Part shown: piece after piece, positions 57,391 to 64,000 of the stretch
Position numbering within the stretch: position 1 is the first letter of the stretch
How the letters are laid out: each line of letters opens with the position of its first letter
NCBI RefSeq assembly: GCF_009659535.1
Contig: NZ_VJZZ01000003.1
Location: 316,947-380,946 of the forward strand
Reading direction: 5' to 3'
Origin: Aggregicoccus sp. 17bor-14
GTDB taxonomy: Bacteria; Myxococcota; Myxococcia; Myxococcales; Myxococcaceae
DNA: 64,000 bases
Notes under the pieces: generated by a model
Seen by the model: only the letters and a program-made list of their open reading frames with translations
What the model was told of the DNA's origin: nothing
Database searches by the model: none
Translations under genes and position numbers: made by a program

Positions 57391-57510
57391 GTGCGCCTCT
57401 GCCGCGCCCCCTGAAAACCCCAGTCGTTCCGGCTCGTTGAGGCCGCTCACAATCGTTCACAATCGGGGCAAGCCCCCCGCACATGGCGAGCGCATTCATA
57501 GAGGCGTCCC

Positions 57511-58908
57511 ATGAAAACGCCCTCCAAGAAGACGCTCTCGGTAGTCGCAGTGGTGGTCGTGCTGGCCGTGGCCCTCGGCGCGTACCTGCACTTCAAGGGC
57601 GCCTCGGCGGCGCCGATCTCCTACGAGACGGCGAAGGTGGAGCGCGGTCCCCTGTCGGCCAAGGTGACGGCCACGGGCACGCTCTCGGCGCGCGTCACGG
57701 TGCTGGTGGGCGCGCAGGTGAGCGGGCGCATCCAGAGCCTGAGCGCGGACTTCAACTCGCACGTGAAGAAGGGCGACGTCATCGCCCAGCTGGACCCGGC
57801 GCTCTTCGAGGCCGCGCGTGACCAGGCCCGCGCGAACCTGACCTCGGCCACGGCGAACGTGGAGAAGGCCAAGGCGCAGGCGCTGGACTCCAAGCGGCAG
57901 CTCGCGCGCACGCAGGACCTCTTCACCCGCAACATCGTCTCCAAGGCAGACGTGGAGACCGCGGAGACCACGCTCGCGGTGAACGACTCCGCGGTGCGCC
58001 AGGCGCAGGCGGCGCTGGAGCAGGCGCGCGCGAACCTGCAGCAGGCGAACGTGAACCTCACCTACACCACCATCCGCTCGCCCATCAGCGGCACGGTCAT
58101 CTCGCGCAGCGTGGACGTGGGGCAGACGGTGGCGTCGAGCCTGCAGGCGCCCACGCTGTTCACCATCGCGGAGGACCTGGCGAACATGGAGATCCACACC
58201 AGCGTCGCCGAGGCGGACGTGGGGCGGCTCGCCTCCGGAATGCCCGCGACCTTCACGGTGGATGCCTTCCCCAACGAGCGCTTCCCGGGCCAGGTGCGCG
58301 AGATCCGCAACGCGGCGACCACGGTGCAGAACGTGGTGACCTACGACGCGGTGCTCAGCGTGGACAACCCGCAGCTCAAGCTGCGCCCCGGCATGACGGC
58401 GAGCGTGACCATCGCCTACGCCGAGCGCGACAACGTGCTCAAGGTGCCCAACGCGGCCGTGCGCTTCCAGCCCTCGGCGGCGGTGCTCGCGCAGCTGCGC
58501 GCGGGGCGTCCGCAGCGCGACGCGGCGGCGGGTGGCAACGGCGGTGGCGCGGGCTTCCCGCCCAGCGCCCAGGCGGCCACGCCTCCCGCGGCGCAGGGCG
58601 GCAGCGGCGGGGCTGGAGCGGCCCAACCGGGCGCAGGCCGGGGCATGCGCAACCGTGCGGCCGGCGAGAAGGCCCTCTGGGTGATGCGTGACGGGCACCC
58701 TGTGCGCGTGCCGGTGAAGGCCGGCCTGAGCGACGGGCGCATGACCGAGGTGGAGGGCGACCTGAAGGAGGGCGACACCGTGGTGACGGCGGCGAGCGTG
58801 AAGGGCGAGAGTGCGGCGCCCACCGGTGGCATGCCCGGAATGGGCGGCCCCGGCGGCATGGGCGGGCCGGGCGGCGGTGGCGGCGGCGGCCGCCGAGGGG
58901 GCTTCTAG
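57511..58908 (+). CDS. macA: Efflux transporter periplasmic adaptor subunit (MacA/HlyD family)
   Basis: N-terminal TM segment, coiled-coil hairpin, lipoyl and beta-barrel regions, and a Gly-rich C-terminus. Confidence 0.8.
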   Translation: MKTPSKKTLSVVAVVVVLAVALGAYLHFKGASAAPISYETAKVERGPLSAKVTATGTLSARVTVLVGAQVSGRIQSLSADFNSHVKKGDVIAQLDPALFEAARDQARANLTSATANVEKAKAQALDSKRQLARTQDLFTRNIVSKADVETAETTLAVNDSAVRQAQAALEQARANLQQANVNLTYTTIRSPISGTVISRSVDVGQTVASSLQAPTLFTIAEDLANMEIHTSVAEADVGRLASGMPATFTVDAFPNERFPGQVREIRNAATTVQNVVTYDAVLSVDNPQLKLRPGMTASVTIAYAERDNVLKVPNAAVRFQPSAAVLAQLRAGRPQRDAAAGGNGGGAGFPPSAQAATPPAAQGGSGGAGAAQPGAGRGMRNRAAGEKALWVMRDGHPVRVPVKAGLSDGRMTEVEGDLKEGDTVVTAASVKGESAAPTGGMPGMGGPGGMGGPGGGGGGGRRGGF

Positions 58909-59685
58909 ATGAATCCCGCACTCGAGACCGCGGGCGCTCCGCTCTTCGAGCTGGAGAACGTGACCCGCACGTACAAGGTCGGCGACACGCTGGTGCATGC
59001 GCTGCGCGGGGTGTCCCTGAAGGTCGCGCGCGGCGAGTTCGTCGCCATCATGGGCACCTCGGGCTCGGGGAAGACGACGCTGATGAACGTGCTCGGCTGC
59101 CTGGACAAGCCGAGCACGGGCACCTACCGGCTCGCGGGCACGGACGTGAACAAGCTCAGCCGCGACGAGCTCGCCGAGCTGCGCAACCGCACGCTGGGCT
59201 TCGTGTTCCAGAACTTCAACCTGCTCAGCCGCACCAGCGCCGAGGACAACGTGGAGCTGCCGCTGGTGTACGCGGGCGTGCCGCGCAAGGAGCGCAAGGC
59301 GCGCTCGCGGGCGGCGCTCGAGCGCGTGGGGCTGGGCCACCGCATGGACCACCACCCGACGCAGCTCTCCGGTGGCCAGCAGCAGCGCGTGGCGATCGCG
59401 CGGGCGCTCGTCGGTGAGCCCAAGGTCATCCTCGCGGACGAGCCCACGGGCAACCTGGACTCGCGCACGGGCATCGAGGTGATGGCGCTCCTGCAGCAGC
59501 TCTCGGCGTCCGGCATCACCATCGTGCTCGTCACGCACGAGCCGGACGTGGCGGCGTACGCGCAGCGGGTGGTGGTGGTGCGCGACGGCAAGGTGCGCGC
59601 GGACCGGCGCCAGGAGCCGCTGGTCGCGGTGGTGCCGCCGCTCGAGGTGGAGCCCGACGACGCACCGCAGGAGGCTGCGTCATGA
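58909..59685 (+). CDS. ABC transporter ATP-binding protein, MacB/LolD type
   Basis: Walker [11 protein letters not shown]-loop, signature [15 protein letters not shown], Walker [12 protein letters not shown]. Confidence 0.9.
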   Translation: MNPALETAGAPLFELENVTRTYKVGDTLVHALRGVSLKVARGEFVAIMGTSGSGKTTLMNVLGCLDKPSTGTYRLAGTDVNKLSRDELAELRNRTLGFVFQNFNLLSRTSAEDNVELPLVYAGVPRKERKARSRAALERVGLGHRMDHHPTQLSGGQQQRVAIARALVGEPKVILADEPTGNLDSRTGIEVMALLQQLSASGITIVLVTHEPDVAAYAQRVVVVRDGKVRADRRQEPLVAVVPPLEVEPDDAPQEAAS

Positions 59686-60905
59686 ACGTGCTCGAGACCT
59701 TCCTCATCGCGTTCTGGGCGCTCAAGCGCAACAAGACGCGCTCGGCGCTCACCACGCTGGGCATCGTCATCGGCGTGGGCGCGGTCATCGCCATGGTGGG
59801 CATCGGCGAGGGCGCGAAGCGCAAGGTGCAGGAGACCTTCGAGTCGATGGGCGTGAACCAGCTCGTCATCCTGCCCGGCAGCAGCAGCGCGGGCGGCACG
59901 CGCGGGGGCTTCGGCAGCAAGCCCACCGTCACGTGGGACGACCTGCGCGCCATCAAGGAGGGCGTGTCCTCGGTGAAGTACGCGGCGCCCGTGCTGCGCG
60001 CGAGCCAGCCGGTGGTGAGCGACATCACCAACTGGACCACCACGGTGTACGGCACCACGCCGGACTACTTCAGCATCCGCAACTGGGCGCCCGCCTCGGG
60101 CAGCCTCTTCGCGCCCGAGGATGGGGACTCGAAGGTGGTGGTGCTGGGGCAGACGGTGGCCGAGAAGCTGTTCGGCTCGGGGACGAACCCGGTGGGCCAG
60201 GCGGTGCGCATCGGGAGCACGCCGTATGAGGTCGTGGGCGTGCTGCAGAGCAAGGGGCAGAGCGCGGGCGGCGGCGACAACGACGACGCGGTGTTCATCC
60301 CCGCGCGCGCCTTCCAGTCCAAGGTGCGCGGCGGCCTGGGCAACTTCATCGACGGCATGGTGATGGTGGGAGCGACGAGCCCCGAGGCCACGCGCTTCGC
60401 CGAGACGCAGATCACCGACCTGCTGCGCGAGCGCCACCACCTGCAGGACGGCGAGCCCGAGGACTTCAGCTTGCGCAATCTCGCGGACGTGGCGAGCTCG
60501 CGCGAGGAGAGCACGCGCACGCTCACCCTGCTGCTCGCGAGCATCGCCGCCGTGTCGCTGCTGGTGGGCGGCATCGGCGTGATGAACATCATGCTGGTGA
60601 GCGTGACGGAGCGGACGCGGGAGATCGGCGTGCGCATGGCGCTGGGGGCGAAGCCGCGCCACATCCTCGCGCAGTTCCTGGTGGAGGCGCTCACGCTCAC
60701 GGTGGCCGGCGGCGTGCTGGGCATCGCGCTGGGCGTGCTGGTGGCCGAGCGGCTCGCCACGCAGTTCGGCTGGCCCACGCTGGTGCAGCCGCAGATCATC
60801 CTCGTCTCGGTGGGCTTCAGCGCGGCCGTGGGCGTCATCTTCGGGCTCTACCCCGCGAGGCGCGCGTCGATGCTCGATCCCATCGAGGCCCTGCGTTACG
60901 AGTAG
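59682..60905 (+). CDS. ABC transporter permease, FtsX/MacB-like
   Basis: ATGA overlap with the ATPase gene. MacB_PCD periplasmic domain plus an FtsX 4-TM region. Confidence 0.85.
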   Translation: MNVLETFLIAFWALKRNKTRSALTTLGIVIGVGAVIAMVGIGEGAKRKVQETFESMGVNQLVILPGSSSAGGTRGGFGSKPTVTWDDLRAIKEGVSSVKYAAPVLRASQPVVSDITNWTTTVYGTTPDYFSIRNWAPASGSLFAPEDGDSKVVVLGQTVAEKLFGSGTNPVGQAVRIGSTPYEVVGVLQSKGQSAGGGDNDDAVFIPARAFQSKVRGGLGNFIDGMVMVGATSPEATRFAETQITDLLRERHHLQDGEPEDFSLRNLADVASSREESTRTLTLLLASIAAVSLLVGGIGVMNIMLVSVTERTREIGVRMALGAKPRHILAQFLVEALTLTVAGGVLGIALGVLVAERLATQFGWPTLVQPQIILVSVGFSAAVGVIFGLYPARRASMLDPIEALRYE

Positions 60906-60977
60906 CCGCACGGGCGCCTGGCCGCATGCCCGGGCGCCTGCGCGCGCGAGCCTCCGCCGCTAGATGCGGGGGCTCGC

Positions 60978-61862
60978 ATGAGTGACAACACGAAGATCGA
61001 GTGGACGGACGCGACGTGGAACCCGGTGCGGGGGTGCACGAAGATCACGCCCGGCTGCAAGCACTGCTACGCGGAGACCTTCGCGGAGCGCTTCCGGGGC
61101 GTGCCGGGCCACCCGTACACGCAGGGCTTCGACCTGAAGCTCATCCCCGAGAAGCTCGCAGACCCCTTCCGCTGGCCGAAGCCGCGCCGCGTCTTCGTCA
61201 ACTCGATGAGCGACCTGTTCCACGCGGACATCCCGGACGACTACATCGTCGAGGTGGTGCGCGTGATGGCGCGCGCCAACTGGCACACCTACCAGTTGCT
61301 GACGAAGCGCTCGGAGCGCATGCGCGACCTGCTGCGCACGAAGCTGCAGGACGTGGCGCAGGCGCCGCACATCTGGTGGGGCGTGAGCGTGGAGGACCGC
61401 AAGTGGGGCGTGCCGCGCATCGCCCATTTGCGTGACGCCCCGGCGCGCACGCGCTTCCTCTCGGTGGAGCCGCTGCTCGAGGACCTCGGGACGCTGGACC
61501 TCACCGGCATCCACTGGATGATCGTGGGCGGCGAGAGCGGCCACGGCGCGAGGCCCCTGGGCCCGGACTGGGTGCGCTCCTTGCGCGACCAGTGCGTGGC
61601 GAGCGGCACGGACTTCTTCTTCAAGCAGTGGGGCGGCGTGCGCAAGGGCGTGGCGGGGCGCGAGCTGGACGGGCGCACCCACGACGCGCAGCCGCGGCTC
61701 GAGCCCGGCCCCTTCCCAGACCGCGCCACCCGCAAGCGGCTCGAACAGGAGACGGATGCCGCCGCCGCGCCCTGGCTCGCGGGCCCCACCCTGCTCTGGG
61801 GCCACGCCTCCGGCGGACGGGCGCCGCCACTTTCGCTCGACAGCCCGCCCGGCGCTTCTTAA
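60978..61862 (+). CDS. Phage Gp37/Gp68-family protein (DUF5131), Cys motif GC-x7-GC-x2-CYA
   Basis: EWTDATWNPVRGCTKITPGCKHCYAE N-terminal signature of the family. A chromosomal copy with no other phage genes nearby. Confidence 0.65.
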   Translation: MSDNTKIEWTDATWNPVRGCTKITPGCKHCYAETFAERFRGVPGHPYTQGFDLKLIPEKLADPFRWPKPRRVFVNSMSDLFHADIPDDYIVEVVRVMARANWHTYQLLTKRSERMRDLLRTKLQDVAQAPHIWWGVSVEDRKWGVPRIAHLRDAPARTRFLSVEPLLEDLGTLDLTGIHWMIVGGESGHGARPLGPDWVRSLRDQCVASGTDFFFKQWGGVRKGVAGRELDGRTHDAQPRLEPGPFPDRATRKRLEQETDAAAAPWLAGPTLLWGHASGGRAPPLSLDSPPGAS

Positions 61863-61915
61863 TAGGAAGCGCCGCATTCCACTTCGGAAACCTGGAACCC
61901 TGGAGGTCCCCGCAC

Positions 61916-62527
61916 ATGAAGCTCTTCTACTCCCCTGGCGCCTGCTCCCTCTCCCCGCACATCGCCCTGTCCGAGGCCGGCCTGAAGGCGGACCTGGTGA
62001 AGGTGGACCTGCGCGCGCACAAGACGGAGGGCGGCGAGGACTTCTACGCCATCAACCCCAAGGGCTACGTGCCGGCGCTGCAGCTGGACAACGGCTACGT
62101 GCTCACCGAGGGCCCGGCGATCGTGCAGTACCTCGCGGACCAGGCGCCCGAGAAGAAGCTCGCCCCGGCCAACGGCACGGTGGAGCGCTACAAGCTGCAG
62201 GAGTGGCTCACCTTCATCGGCACCGAGCTGCACAAGAGCTTCAGCCCCCTCTTCAACCCGGCCGTGACCGAGGACGTGAAGAAGGCGAGCCTGGAGAAGA
62301 TCGCCAAGCGCTTCGAGTACGTGGCCAAGCACCTGGAGGGAAAGCAGTACCTCTTCGGTGACCAGTTCAGCGTGGCGGACGGCTACCTCTTCGTCATGCT
62401 CAACTGGGCGCGCGCGAAGGCGCCGGCGGCCCACGAGTCCCCGGTGCTCAAGGCCTACTTCGAGCGCGTCATGGCGCGCCCGGGCGTGAAGGCCGCGATG
62501 GTGGCCGAGGGCCTGCAGAAGGCCTAG
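61916..62527 (+). CDS. gstA: Glutathione S-transferase
   Basis: MKLFYSPGACSLSPHIAL, with a GGAGG RBS 10 nt upstream of the ATG. Confidence 0.8.
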   Translation: MKLFYSPGACSLSPHIALSEAGLKADLVKVDLRAHKTEGGEDFYAINPKGYVPALQLDNGYVLTEGPAIVQYLADQAPEKKLAPANGTVERYKLQEWLTFIGTELHKSFSPLFNPAVTEDVKKASLEKIAKRFEYVAKHLEGKQYLFGDQFSVADGYLFVMLNWARAKAPAAHESPVLKAYFERVMARPGVKAAMVAEGLQKA

Positions 62528-62654
62528 CGCTCGGCGCAACGCGCCACGGGCTCGCACATCGAGAGGGGCGAGGCGGGGACTGCTCCCTGCCCGCCCCTTT
62601 CGTCTTTCGTCTATCGTGGCGGTCTCCCGCCGCCGCTCGCCCCCGAGGGTCCCC

Positions 62655-63938
62655 GTGAAGCTCGTCAGCGCCTGGTTCCGCATCCCCTTCTGGCAGCGCG
62701 TGATGGGCGGCTTCGTGCTCGGCGCGCTGGTGGGCTGGCTCGTGGGCAAGCCCGCGGAGCCCCTCTTCCAGCCCCTGGGGGACATCTACGTCACGCTCAT
62801 CCGGATGATCGCCACCCCGCTCGTCTTCTTCGCGGTGGTGAACGCGGTGAGCAGCCTGCACGGGCAGAAGAGCGTGGCGAAGCTGGGGGCGCGCACCTTC
62901 CTGTGGTTCGCGGTGACGGCGGCGCTCGCGGTGGGCGTGGGCCTGGGCGTCGCGCTGCTGCTGCAGCCGGGGCGCGGCCTGGGCGGCACGCTCGCGGTGG
63001 CCGAGGGCTACACGCCGCGCGAGGTGCCCACGCCGGTGAAGGTCCTGCTGGACGTGGTGCCGTCCAACCCGTTCAAGGCGCTCACCGAGGGGAAGATCCT
63101 CCAGGTCATCTTCTTCGCGGGCCTGCTCGGCTTCGCGCTGGTGAAGCTCGGGGACAAGACGGCGCGCCTGCGCGTGCTGGTGGGCGAGGCGAGCGACGCG
63201 ATGATCCAGGTGACGCGCTTCGTGCTGCAGTTCACCCCCATCGGCACCTTCGGGCTCATCGCGGCGCTGGTGGGCGCGTACGGCTTCGAGAAGCTGCTGC
63301 CCCTGGGCACCTTCGTGTTCGCGCTCTACCTCGCCTGCGCGCTGCACATCGCCGTCACGTACAGCAGCCTGCTGCTCGTGCACGGGCTCAACCCGCTGCG
63401 CTTCTTCCGGGGCGCGGCGCCCGGCATGCAGGTGGCCTTCGTGTCCTCGAGCAGCTTCGCGAGCATGCCGGTGGCGCTGCGCAGCGTGGTGCAGAACCTG
63501 GGCGTGAAGCAGGAGTACGCGAGCTTCGCGGTGCCGCTGGGGGCGAGCATCAAGATGGACGGCTGCGGCGCCATCTACCCGGCCATCACCTCGGTGTTCG
63601 TGGCGCAGTACTTCGGCCTGCACCTCTCCGCGTCCCAGTACTTCATCATCCTGCTGGCGAGCGTGCTGGGCAGCTTCGGCACGGCCGGGGTGCCGGGCAC
63701 GGCGATCGTGATGGTGACGCTGGTGCTCAGCAGCGCGGGGCTGCCGCTGCAGGGCATCGGCTACATCGTCGCCATCGACCGGGTGCTGGACATGATGCGC
63801 ACCATGACGAACGTGACGGGCCAGATGCTGGTCCCCGTGCTGGTGGCAAAGGAGGAGGGGCTGCTGGACCGCAGCGTCTACGACAGCGCCTCGTCTACCC
63901 GCGTCGTGCAGGAGGGCCCGGAGCAGGAGGCCGCCTGA
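62655..63938 (+). CDS. Dicarboxylate/amino acid:cation symporter (DAACS family, GltP/DctA-like)
   Basis: Conserved DAACS regions (PLGDIYVTLIRM, AGVPG, DRVLDMMRT). GTG at 62655 follows GAGGG; GTG at 62616 is an alternative. Confidence 0.8.
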   Translation: MKLVSAWFRIPFWQRVMGGFVLGALVGWLVGKPAEPLFQPLGDIYVTLIRMIATPLVFFAVVNAVSSLHGQKSVAKLGARTFLWFAVTAALAVGVGLGVALLLQPGRGLGGTLAVAEGYTPREVPTPVKVLLDVVPSNPFKALTEGKILQVIFFAGLLGFALVKLGDKTARLRVLVGEASDAMIQVTRFVLQFTPIGTFGLIAALVGAYGFEKLLPLGTFVFALYLACALHIAVTYSSLLLVHGLNPLRFFRGAAPGMQVAFVSSSSFASMPVALRSVVQNLGVKQEYASFAVPLGASIKMDGCGAIYPAITSVFVAQYFGLHLSASQYFIILLASVLGSFGTAGVPGTAIVMVTLVLSSAGLPLQGIGYIVAIDRVLDMMRTMTNVTGQMLVPVLVAKEEGLLDRSVYDSASSTRVVQEGPEQEAA

Positions 63939-64000
63939 GCCCGTCCGCCTGCCCTGCGCTCGGGCAGGACGGGGCGCGGCGGCCGTGACGCTCCGCGACG

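Noticed and set aside
1-64000. Looked for tRNA, rRNA, CRISPR arrays, IS elements and integrases
   Set aside because: No cloverleaf-like conserved tRNA boxes in intergenic regions, no rRNA-like conserved stretches, no regularly spaced direct repeats with unique spacers, and no transposase or integrase motifs in any frame.

Overview
This is a ~72% GC chromosomal segment in the style of Myxococcota/Deltaproteobacteria, densely coding on both strands. About 60 supportable CDS were found; no rRNA, tRNA or CRISPR was seen. Many of the long ORFs in the six-frame track are Ala/Arg/Gly-rich antisense artefacts of the high GC content and were not called as genes.

Recognisable genes include deaD (DEAD-box helicase), rmuC, an XPB-like SF2 helicase with a DUF790/Bax1-like partner, purL (single-chain FGAM synthase), mtnN, gor, glk, recQ, a YahK-like Zn-ADH and gstA. 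Regulators include a sigma-54 enhancer-binding protein beside an SPFH/flotillin operon, an ECF sigma/anti-sigma pair divergent from a secreted caspase-like (C14) protein with an EF-hand, and a CpxRA-like two-component system upstream of a MacA/MacB-type tripartite efflux set. A TetR regulator sits between two paralogous MBL-fold hydrolases. There are many lipoproteins, including an M43 ulilysin-like metalloprotease, a PQQ beta-propeller protein and an alkaline-phosphatase-superfamily protein.

The most notable hidden feature is a DsbA/FrnE-like thioredoxin-fold gene (47842..48447) that the ORF track splits. It has a strong RBS and ATG, then an in-frame TGA exactly at the first position of the expected redox motif (giving U-P-W-C), and a SECIS-like hairpin beginning about 13 nt downstream. 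It is therefore a candidate selenocysteine-containing DsbA-like oxidoreductase.

Other notable structures are a ~650-bp degenerate C-rich tandem-repeat tract (4100..4756) whose opposite strand is dense in GGGG runs, a small palindromic intergenic repeat family in three copies, a lower-GC islet carrying two overlapping small genes, an 18-bp tandem repeat encoding (APASPG)n, and pervasive 1-4 nt start/stop overlaps that indicate translational coupling.

All calls rest on reading the sequence and on motif or family knowledge; no database searches were run.
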